From Candidatus Methylomirabilota bacterium (GTDB taxonomy: Bacteria; Methylomirabilota; Methylomirabilia; Rokubacteriales; DASRDR01), in assembly GCA_035550795.1 (NCBI GenBank), contig DASZOL010000068.1:16202-80201 (forward strand): a stretch of 64,000 nucleotides of DNA, given 5' to 3'. Below are positions 56,976 through 64,000 of this stretch, piece after piece. The notes beneath the pieces are model-generated. The model saw nothing but the letters and a program-made list of their open reading frames with translations. It was not told the DNA's origin and ran no database searches. The translations under genes and the position numbers were made by a program. Each line of letters begins with the position of its first letter. Within the stretch, counting starts at the first letter, position 1.

Positions 56976-58082
56976 GTGGACCCGCGGGCCGTCGCGACGA
57001 CCGCTCCGGACCGCGCCGCAGAGGCGTTCTATCGGGAGCTCGAGCGCCACCACCTGGTGGCGCTCTGGAACGTCAACAAGAGCCTCCTGCCGACGGAGCC
57101 GAAGGGCCGCTGCGTCCCGCACCTCTGGCGGTGGGAGACCATGCTGCCGCTGGTGCGGGAAGGCGCGCAGGTCGCGCCGCTCAGCCGGGCGGCCGAGCGG
57201 CGCGTCCTCGGCTTCATCAATCCGGGGCTGCCCGACCGGTTCGGCGCGACCCACACGCTCTGGGCGGGCTTCCAGTACGTGCTTCCCGGCGAGGTGGCGC
57301 CCGCGCACCGGCATTCGCCAGCGGCGATCCGGTTCGTCATCGAGGGTCAGGGCGCCTTCACCACCGTCGAGGGCGACAAGTGCGTGATGGAGCGGGGCGA
57401 CCTCGTGCTGACGCCGCCGTGGACCTGGCACGACCACGGCAATGACAGCGACCGGCCGATGCTCTGGCTCGACGGCCTCGATCTCCCGATGGTCGCCGAG
57501 ATGGAGGGGCAGTTCTACGAGCCCTTCGGCGAGGAGGCCCAGCCGATCGGGAAGCCGGTGGGGGATTCCGAGCGCCGGTACGGCGTCGGCCACCTCCGGC
57601 CGACCTGGGACACGTGGACGGCCTCGTTCTCCCCGCTGCTAAACTACAGGTGGGACCGGACGGAGGAGGCGCTCCGCCGCCTCGCGTCAGTGGCGGGGAG
57701 CGCGAACCCCTTCGATGACGTGGCGATGGAATACGTCAATCCGCACACCGGCGGCCCGCTGATGCCGACCATCGCCTGCTGGATCCAGCTGCTCCGCCCC
57801 GGGACGCGTACCAAGGCCCACCGGCAGACCGGCAGCGCGGTGTACCTCGTGTTCGAGGGACAGGGGCAGAGCGTGATCGATGGGCAGCGCTTCGCCTGGC
57901 GGAAGGGCGACCTCTTCGTCGTCCCCACCTGGGCCTGGCACGAGCACGCGAGCGCCGATGGAGAGGCGATTCTCTTCTCGGTGCAGGACACGCCGGTCAT
58001 GAAGGCGCTCGGTCTCCATCGCGAGCAGGCCTACCGGGAGCACGACGGCCACCAGCCCGTCACGCGCATCTTCGAGGGATAG
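56976..58082 (+). CDS. gentisate 1,2-dioxygenase-like bicupin
   Basis: FYRELERHHLVALW, PGEVAPAHRHSPAAIRFVIEG, TWHDHGN. GTG at 56976 follows GGGGAG. The ORF opens at 56934. Confidence 0.75.
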   Translation: MDPRAVATTAPDRAAEAFYRELERHHLVALWNVNKSLLPTEPKGRCVPHLWRWETMLPLVREGAQVAPLSRAAERRVLGFINPGLPDRFGATHTLWAGFQYVLPGEVAPAHRHSPAAIRFVIEGQGAFTTVEGDKCVMERGDLVLTPPWTWHDHGNDSDRPMLWLDGLDLPMVAEMEGQFYEPFGEEAQPIGKPVGDSERRYGVGHLRPTWDTWTASFSPLLNYRWDRTEEALRRLASVAGSANPFDDVAMEYVNPHTGGPLMPTIACWIQLLRPGTRTKAHRQTGSAVYLVFEGQGQSVIDGQRFAWRKGDLFVVPTWAWHEHASADGEAILFSVQDTPVMKALGLHREQAYREHDGHQPVTRIFEG

Positions 58083-58217
58083 CCGTCTTGCAGGTCGTGG
58101 TCTTCGGTTCTTCTCCTGCGGGGAATCGCGGGCTTTCCCAGTGTGTGGAGCGCGATGCGCGATGCTTCCGGCGGGCGACGGTGCGGTGAGGCCGTGCGGG
58201 CCAGGCGCCGCCGCGTC

Positions 58218-58781
58218 ATGCCGGGAATCCAATGGCTGGTGACGGCCGCCGCGCTCGTGGCGGGGACGGCGCCGATCGCGCGCGCCGAGGAAGGAGTGTG
58301 GCAGGCTCTCCGCGCGCCCGGCGCCGTGCTGGTGGTGCGCCATAGCTTCGCGCCGGGCGGCTTCGATCCGCCCGACTCCCGGCTCGACGACTGCTCGACC
58401 CAGCGGAACCTCGACGAGAACGGCCAAGCGCAGGCCAGCCGGATGGGCGAGGCGTTCCGGCGGCATGGCATCGCCGTGGGCGCGGTGCTGTCGAGCCCGC
58501 GCTGCCGCTGCCTCGACACGGCCCGCCTGGCCTTCGGGCGCGTGGCGGCGTGGGAGCCCCTGCAGGGCTCGCTCAGCGATGCCGGGCGGCGGCAGCGGCA
58601 GGTGGCCGAGATCCGGGACCGGATCGCCCGGCACCGGAGCGGCCCCCCGCTCGTGCTGGTCACCCACGGAAGCGTCGTCACTGACCTGACCGGCGTCAGC
58701 ATCCGAATGGGCGAGTTCGTGGTCCTGGGGCTCGCGGCTGACGGCGGCCACGCGGTCGCGGGTCGCCTGTACGTCGACTGA
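58218..58781 (+). CDS. histidine phosphatase family protein, secreted
   Basis: Signal peptide MPGIQWLVTAAALVAGTAPIARA, then VLVVRHSFAPG (RH motif) and VLVTHGSV. Confidence 0.65.
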   Translation: MPGIQWLVTAAALVAGTAPIARAEEGVWQALRAPGAVLVVRHSFAPGGFDPPDSRLDDCSTQRNLDENGQAQASRMGEAFRRHGIAVGAVLSSPRCRCLDTARLAFGRVAAWEPLQGSLSDAGRRQRQVAEIRDRIARHRSGPPLVLVTHGSVVTDLTGVSIRMGEFVVLGLAADGGHAVAGRLYVD

Positions 58782-60139
58782 CGAACGGCCCGGCGATCGC
58801 CCTCGGCATCCTCGCCCAGGCCTGGCCGATCCTGCTCGGCCAGCTCGCCTCGATCGCGTACGGCGTCCTCGACACGATGATGACCGGGCACGCGTCGCCC
58901 GCCGACCTGGCGGCGATGGGCCTGGGCGCGAGCGTGTACTCCAGCGTCTTCATGGGTCTGATGGGCGTGATAACAGCGCTCAACCCCATCATCGCCCAGC
59001 ACTACGGCGCGCGCCGCGAGCGGGCGATCGGTCCGAGCTACGTGCAGGGGCTGTGGCTCGCACTGCTCCTGTCAGCGGCCGGCATGCCGCTGCTCGCGTA
59101 TCCGGAGCCCTGGCTCGCCTACATCGACGCCGAGGCGGACGTGAAGGCCCTGGTGACGCCGTACCTGCGGCTACTCAGCGCCGCGCTCCCGGCGGCACTG
59201 CTGTTCCGCGCCACCTATGCGTTCCACGTCGCGGTCTCGCGCCCGAAGGTGATGATGACGGTGCAGGTTGCGGGCCTCGTGCTGAAGGTCGTCCTGAACT
59301 ACGGGCTCATCTTCGGGCGCCTCGGGCTGCCCCGCCTGGGCGTGGTCGGCTGCGGCCTGGCGTCCCTGATCGTCTTCTGGACGCTCTTCCTGCTGGCATG
59401 GATCCACACGCATCTGGACGCGGGCTACCGGCGCTTCGCCATCGGACCGGCATGGCCGCGCTGGCCGCTCCTGGGAGAGCAGCTCCGCCTCGGGATACCG
59501 ATCGGGCTGTCGTATGGGATGGAGTCCACGTCGTTCACCTTCATGACGCTCCTGGCCGCGCGGCTGGGCACCACCGTGATGGGCGGGCATCAGATCATCT
59601 CGAACCTCGCGGCCGTCGCCTTCCAGGTCCCGGTAGCGCTGTCGGTGGCGACGGCGACCATGACCGCCCATGCGATCGGCGCCGGCGACCTCCTGCGGGC
59701 ACGCCGTGCCGCATTCACCGGGATCCGCGCTGCCGTGGCGGCGGCGGCCCTCACGTCGGTCACCGTCTGGGTGTTCCGTCGCGGGGTCATCGGACTGTAC
59801 ACGGATGATGTCACCGTGGCCGGCGTGGCGCTGTCCCTGCTCGGATTCCTGATCAGCTTCCACACCTTCGACGCTCTGCAGGGGATCACCGCCTTCGTGC
59901 TGCGCGCGTATCGCATCGCCGTGGCGCCGATGGTGATCTACGCCGTGGCGCTGTGGGGCCCGGGCCTGGTCGGCGGGTACCTCGTGGCGTTCCACCCGGT
60001 GCTCGGCGGGCCGCGCGGTGTCGCCGGGCTGTGGCTGATGCAGTCGGTCGCGCTGGGCCTGACCTCGGTGAGCCTGCTCGGGTTCTACGTCTGGGTGCTC
60101 AAGCGGCAGCGGCTCGCCGCGGATCCGGCGTTGCGGTGA
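58778..60139 (+). CDS. MATE family efflux transporter; no canonical start upstream of conserved TM1
   Basis: The track ORF starts at ATG 58877 (MMTGHASPADLAAMGLG). The same frame upstream reads LTNGPAIALGILAQAWPILLGQLASIAYGVLDT, which is conserved MATE TM1 sequence. No ATG, GTG or TTG is present there. CTG at 58778 forms a CTGA overlap with the upstream stop. Confidence 0.65.
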   Translation: MTNGPAIALGILAQAWPILLGQLASIAYGVLDTMMTGHASPADLAAMGLGASVYSSVFMGLMGVITALNPIIAQHYGARRERAIGPSYVQGLWLALLLSAAGMPLLAYPEPWLAYIDAEADVKALVTPYLRLLSAALPAALLFRATYAFHVAVSRPKVMMTVQVAGLVLKVVLNYGLIFGRLGLPRLGVVGCGLASLIVFWTLFLLAWIHTHLDAGYRRFAIGPAWPRWPLLGEQLRLGIPIGLSYGMESTSFTFMTLLAARLGTTVMGGHQIISNLAAVAFQVPVALSVATATMTAHAIGAGDLLRARRAAFTGIRAAVAAAALTSVTVWVFRRGVIGLYTDDVTVAGVALSLLGFLISFHTFDALQGITAFVLRAYRIAVAPMVIYAVALWGPGLVGGYLVAFHPVLGGPRGVAGLWLMQSVALGLTSVSLLGFYVWVLKRQRLAADPALR

Positions 60140-60351
60140 CGGGGCCGGCGGACCTGCGGAAGGAGGCGGGCGGGACGCGCTCTCCGCGGATCACGGCTCC
60201 GGTGCGGGCCTCCGCGTCGGGCCGGGACGGCCGAGCGCGTCGCGTTGTCAGACACCGCGGACACGTAGTCAGGGGCGGGCCATGATGCTGCGGGCCAAGT
60301 GTCGGTACAGAGGAACCACACGCGATACGGCCGCCCCCGGCCGGCGGGGTC

Positions 60352-60873
60352 TCAGCCATCCGTCCCGGCGCCCAGAAGCTTCTCGACGATGACGCAGTCG
60401 CGCCACTGCCCGTCGAGCTGACCGTGACGGCGATACACGCCGACGACGCGGAAGCCGGCACGCTCGTGAAGGGCCAGGCTGGCGGTGTTCTCCGGGAAGA
60501 TCCGGGAGACGAGCTTCCAGAATCCGCGCGCCTGGCACTCCGCGGCGAGCGCGTCGAGCGCGGCCCGCCCGGCCCCGACGCCCCGGGCGCGACGAGCCAC
60601 GTACACCGAGTGCTCGGCGACGCCCGCGTACGCCGGCCGTGCCCGGTAGGCGCCGGCGCTCGCCCACGCGACGACCTGGCCGTCCATCTCGACCACGACG
60701 GTCGGGTAGCGGTCGGCCTTGCTGGCCAGTTGGGCCTCCACGTCCCGGGCCGACCGCACCGCGGTCTCGAAGGTGGCGATCCGCTCCGCGATCCCCTGGT
60801 TGTAGATGTCCGCGATCGCGGGGGCGTCGGATCCCGTCGCGAGTCGCACGCGGAGCGCCGGCCGGTCGGCCAT
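60352..60873 (-). CDS. arsN1: GNAT N-acetyltransferase, phosphinothricin/arsinothricin acetyltransferase type (ArsN1-like)
   Basis: MADRPALRVRLATGSDAPAIADIYNQGIAERIATFET...RARGVGAG...NTASLALHERAGFRVVG. Located in an ars gene context. Confidence 0.7.
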   Translation of the reverse strand: MADRPALRVRLATGSDAPAIADIYNQGIAERIATFETAVRSARDVEAQLASKADRYPTVVVEMDGQVVAWASAGAYRARPAYAGVAEHSVYVARRARGVGAGRAALDALAAECQARGFWKLVSRIFPENTASLALHERAGFRVVGVYRRHGQLDGQWRDCVIVEKLLGAGTDG

Positions 60874-61104
60874 CAGTCGCTCGGCTGCGGATTGAGAGGG
60901 GCCCCCGGAGATCGGCCCGAGCGCGAGGATCAGCGCGACCAGAGCGGCCGTGGTCGCGGCGGTGTTGGCGAGCGGCGTCGGGGCGACGCGTCCGGCGGCG
61001 AGACGCTCGCCGATGATGCCGGAGCCCACCACCGCCGCCCGCAGGAGGGTGGTGCCGAGGCCCTCCGCGACCAAAGCTCGAGCACGGGTTCTCGGCACCC
61101 CGAC
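60874..61104 (-). pseudogene. remnant of an MIP/aquaglyceroporin gene (TM1-TM2 only), in frame with arsN1
   Basis: ALVAEGLGTTLLRAAVVGSGIIGERLAAG...LANTAATTAALVALILALGPISG matches the N-terminal ~70 aa of aquaporins. Similarity ends at the first NPA box. A +1 reading gives APLNPQPSD-stop. Confidence 0.55.
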
Positions 61105-61117
61105 GGCTGCCGAGCCG

Positions 61118-61942
61118 TCAGGCGCCCGGTTTCCGGGCGCGCACGAAGGCGCTCCGGAACTTGCCGTCCACCTGCGCGGCGATGGCGTCGACGTCCAGTC
61201 CGGCACCGGACAGGAACTCGCGGGCATCCTCCGCCCGGTAGACTCGCGTGGGCTCGATGTCGATCCCGTGGAAGCCGGCCCTGGCCAGCTTTTCCCGGTA
61301 CTCGCTCTCTTCCAGCGCGCCGGCGACGCAGCCGATCCAGAGCTCGACGCTCCGCCGGATGGCGGCCGGCACCTCGCCTCGTACCACCACGTCGGAGACG
61401 GCGAACCGCCCGCCGGGCTTGAGCACGCGGAAGGCTTCGGCGAGAACGCGGTCCTTGTCGGCCGAGAGGTTGATGACGCAGTTGGAGATGACCACGTCCA
61501 CGCTGTCGTCGGGCAGGGGGATCGCCTCGATCGCGCCCTTGAGGAACTCGACGTTCGACGCGCCGGCCTTTCGCTGGTTTTCGCGAGCCAGGGCGAGCAT
61601 CTCGTCAGTCATGTCGAGGCCGTAGGCTTTGCCCGCCGACCCGACCCGCTGGGCGGAGAGCAGGACGTCGATGCCGCCGCCGGAGCCGAGGTCCAGCACC
61701 ACCTCACCGGGGCGCAGCTCGGCCAGCGCCGTCGGGTTCCCGCAGCCGAGCGAGGCGCGCACGGCCTCCGCCGGCAGGGCCGTCGTCTCCTCCGCCGCGT
61801 ACAGGTTCCCCGTCACGGGATCGCAGCCGCTACGGGACGACACCGTCCCGCAGCACCCGCCCTCGCCCTTCACGACCCGGAGCGCCGCCTGGGCGTACTT
61901 GTCGCGGACGATCTCGGTGATGTTCGGCTCACTCACTGGCAT
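61118..61942 (-). CDS. arsM: arsenite S-adenosylmethionine methyltransferase
   Basis: The SAM motif is [11 protein letters not shown]. Conserved Cys positions are GGCCG, LGCGNP, SNCVINL and IGCVAGA. ATG at 61942 follows GGAGGGGG. Confidence 0.85.
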   Translation of the reverse strand: MPVSEPNITEIVRDKYAQAALRVVKGEGGCCGTVSSRSGCDPVTGNLYAAEETTALPAEAVRASLGCGNPTALAELRPGEVVLDLGSGGGIDVLLSAQRVGSAGKAYGLDMTDEMLALARENQRKAGASNVEFLKGAIEAIPLPDDSVDVVISNCVINLSADKDRVLAEAFRVLKPGGRFAVSDVVVRGEVPAAIRRSVELWIGCVAGALEESEYREKLARAGFHGIDIEPTRVYRAEDAREFLSGAGLDVDAIAAQVDGKFRSAFVRARKPGA

Positions 61943-62023
61943 GTCCCCCTCCGTGCGGCTGTTGCGCGTCTTACGTCTTGTGGAGCGCACGGTATCAAGA
62001 TTGGTCGATGGGTCGTGGGCAAA

Positions 62024-62365
62024 TCACCCGCAGCACCGGGAGGCGATCCTGAGTCCACGGCCTCTCGGAGCCCCGATGGCTCCCACGACGTCGCGAAGCT
62101 CGTCGACCGCGTCCGGCCGGAGGGTGTAGTAGATCCATCTGCCCTGACGGCGGTCGGTCACCAGCCCGGCGTCCTTCAGCGTCTTCAGGTGGAAGGACAA
62201 CCGCGACTGGCCGGCCTCGAGAGCATCCGTTAGGTCACAGACGCACTGCTCGCCGTCGGCGAGTTGCTCCACGATCCTGAGCCGCGTCTCGTCGGCCAGG
62301 GCATGGAAGAGGCGGGCGATGCGCCGTCCGTCACGGGCGGTCGAGGTCCCCACGGCATTCATCAT
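62024..62365 (-). CDS. arsR: ArsR/SmtB family metalloregulator
   Basis: [22 protein letters not shown] (CVC As(III) site in the HTH) plus a C-terminal CC pair. The true start may be GTG 62353 (see findings). Confidence 0.85.
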   Translation of the reverse strand: MMNAVGTSTARDGRRIARLFHALADETRLRIVEQLADGEQCVCDLTDALEAGQSRLSFHLKTLKDAGLVTDRRQGRWIYYTLRPDAVDELRDVVGAIGAPRGRGLRIASRCCG

Positions 62366-62388
62366 ATCAAGGATGCTTGATCAGTCAA
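62361..62388 (-). promoter_or_regulatory. candidate arsR promoter with an operator palindrome in the spacer
   Basis: On the minus strand: TTGACT (62388-62383), a 16-nt spacer, then TATGAT (62366-62361). The perfect palindrome ATCAAG-GATG-CTTGAT at 62366-62381 fills the spacer. Confidence 0.45.
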
Positions 62389-62498
62389 CCGCTGCCCATG
62401 TCCACCGGGGACAGCGCCAGCGGGCGGACGGCAGCATTGGGGTGAGGCCCCCGGAGCCGGCCTGCCCGGCTCGCAGCAGCGCGTCGCGGTCGGACAGG

Positions 62499-63701
62499 TT
62501 AGACGACGTGGGCCTCGCGCAGCGCGGCGATCTCCGCGGCGGTGAGGCCCAGCTCGCCGAGCACCGCATCGGTGTCGGCGCCGAGGGGCCGCGGCGGAGT
62601 GTCGACGCGCGGCCCGCCGTCGGCGAAGCGGAAGCTGGCCACCGGCACAGTGAGCGGCCTGCCGACGTCCGGCATCGACTCGAACCGGTGGAGCAGGTTG
62701 CGCCGCGCTAGCTGCTCGAGCTCCAGCGCCTCGGCGACGCTCCGCATGCGCGCGCCCGGCACGTGAATGCCGGCCAGGAACTCCTCCCACTCGTCGGCGG
62801 TCCGCGTCAGCATGACCTCGCGGAGGGCTGCAGCAAGGGCCTCGCGGTGCTCCTCCTGGTCGGCCACCGAGCTGAGCTCCGCCAGGTCCGGGCGACCGAG
62901 CGCGCCCCAGAGTCGCCGGTGCTGACCCGCCCGGAACGAGCCGAGCATGAGGACGCCGTCCTTGGTCTGGTAGGCGCTCACCCCCGCGTACTCGAGGTCG
63001 TTCCCGCGGCGCTTCGGCGGCACCCCGCTCCACAGGCACGCCGTGAGGTGAGAGCTCATGAGCATCATCGCCGCGTCGAGCATCGCGCAGTCGACGTACT
63101 GCCCGCGCCCGGTGCGCTCGCGCTGGAACAGCGCGGACGAGACGGCGAAAGCGGCGCTAAGGCCGCTCGCGTAGTCGACCACCGGCGCCCCGGTCTTCAC
63201 CGAGGGCGTGTCCGGCCAGCCGGTCGTGCTCATGAGCCCCGATATGGCCTGGATGACGCAGTCGTACGCGTTGTGGTCCGCCTTCGGGCCTTCCTGGCCG
63301 AAGCCGGTCATCGAGCAGTAGATGAGCCGCGGGTTGATCGCCCTGAGGTCGTCGTAGCCGAGGCCGAGCGCCGCCATCGCCCCGGACCGGAAGTTCTCGA
63401 CCAGCACGTCGGCGCCGACCACCAGGCGCTTCAGGACGTCCCGGCCGCGTGGGTTCTTGAGATCGAGGGTGAGGCAGCGCTTGTTCGCGCCCTGGGTCAG
63501 GTAACCTGTTCCCATGAGGCGCCGGTTGAGCGCTCGGTCGCAGCCCGTCTGGCGCGCGATGTCACCCTGGCCGGGCTCCTCGATCTTGATCGTCTCGGCG
63601 CCGAGCACGGCGAGCTGGTACGTGCAGAACGGGCCCGCCAGCACGTGGGTGAGGTCAAGGACGCGGATGCCCTCGAAGGGGCGCGGGGCGCCTCCGGTCA
63701 T
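62499..63701 (-). CDS. CoA-transferase family III (CaiB/BaiF-like)
   Basis: FEGIRVLDLTHVLAGPFCTYQLAVLGAETIKIE...DVLVENFRSG...LIYCSMTGFGQEGP, with the typical Asp-containing DYASG region. Confidence 0.85.
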   Translation of the reverse strand: MTGGAPRPFEGIRVLDLTHVLAGPFCTYQLAVLGAETIKIEEPGQGDIARQTGCDRALNRRLMGTGYLTQGANKRCLTLDLKNPRGRDVLKRLVVGADVLVENFRSGAMAALGLGYDDLRAINPRLIYCSMTGFGQEGPKADHNAYDCVIQAISGLMSTTGWPDTPSVKTGAPVVDYASGLSAAFAVSSALFQRERTGRGQYVDCAMLDAAMMLMSSHLTACLWSGVPPKRRGNDLEYAGVSAYQTKDGVLMLGSFRAGQHRRLWGALGRPDLAELSSVADQEEHREALAAALREVMLTRTADEWEEFLAGIHVPGARMRSVAEALELEQLARRNLLHRFESMPDVGRPLTVPVASFRFADGGPRVDTPPRPLGADTDAVLGELGLTAAEIAALREAHVV

Positions 63702-63806
63702 GGTCGGGTCCTCCGGGACTCGTCACTCCGAGTCGGCTGGTGTCACCGGCGCCGCCCGCAGGCGCGCGAGCCGCGATCCGCGGGGATCGTAAGAAACGGG
63801 GCGGGA

Positions 63807-63874
63807 CTTGTCAATCGCGATCACGCCCGATCCACCCAACAGGTATTGACAAGGGAGTCAAGACCTCCTATCGT
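63807..63874 (+). promoter_or_regulatory. sigma70-like promoter bracketed by a 9-bp inverted repeat
   Basis: TTGACA (63846-63851), 17 nt, then TATCGT (63869-63874). CTTGTCAAT (63807-63815) and ATTGACAAG (63845-63853) are perfect reverse complements 29 nt apart. Confidence 0.35.
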
Positions 63875-63980
63875 CCGGCGCGAGGCCCACCCCCCGGGCT
63901 CCCGGCGGTCCGCACCGCCGCCCCGGGGTGACCGGCAGGCGGCGTTCGGCGCGCGATCGGCGTGCAGGAAGGAGCGGCGC

Positions 63981-64000
63981 GTGAAGCTTCAGAGGTTCCT
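63981..64000 (+). CDS. start of an unidentified CDS running off the right edge
   Basis: GTG at 63981 lies 6 nt after AGGAAGGAG. Only 20 nt are visible, so no function can be assigned. Confidence 0.3.

Noticed and set aside
1-64000. Search for CRISPR arrays, tRNA/rRNA genes, transposases, integrases and phage genes.
   Set aside because: I saw no regularly spaced repeats, no cloverleaf-like or rRNA-like conserved stretches, and no recombinase-like ORFs. The only tandem repeat is the 37-bp duplication at 48691. The visual scan cannot exclude small ncRNAs.

Overview
High-GC bacterial DNA: hand counts of single 60-nt lines give about 75% G+C in typical genes and 57-63% in a few glycan-island genes. 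Coding density is high, with about 58 supported CDS. I found no rRNA, tRNA, CRISPR array, transposase or integrase. Many adjacent genes share 4-nt ATGA or GTGA stop/start overlaps. Because of the GC content, the ORF track contains many long antisense shadow ORFs; I ignored any that overlap well-supported genes.

Layout:
- 1-11.4 kb: aminotransferase, AstE-like deacylase, amidohydrolases, DUF1326, a VOC dioxygenase, an ABC binding protein, a MetE-like protein, and a TAXI-TRAP system whose permease is frameshifted.
- 11.5-35 kb: a glycan biosynthesis island of about 23.5 kb. It holds five GT4 genes, a GT8-like gene, a GMC oxidoreductase, a Wzx flippase, two 2OG-Fe(II) oxygenases, two sulfotransferases and two paralogous GT-B-like proteins. 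It also holds a four-gene coupled module: a CMP-sugar synthetase, a Gfo/Idh/MocA oxidoreductase, an atypical DAHP-synthase-like aldolase and a shikimate-dehydrogenase-like enzyme. I consider this module the best candidate for an undescribed ulosonic-acid pathway.
- 35.3-43 kb: anion permease, a USP-TerC-CBS operon, and an ATP-grasp gene divergent from a GT-C membrane glycosyltransferase.
- 43-53.3 kb: two ABC importers and a tandem MetE-like pair.
- 53.6-58.1 kb: ring-cleavage genes (LigB/LigA and a gentisate-dioxygenase-like cupin).
- 58.2-64 kb: histidine phosphatase, a MATE pump, an arsR-arsM-(aquaporin remnant)-arsN1 cluster, and a CoA-transferase.

All functional calls come from by-eye motif recognition, not database searches.
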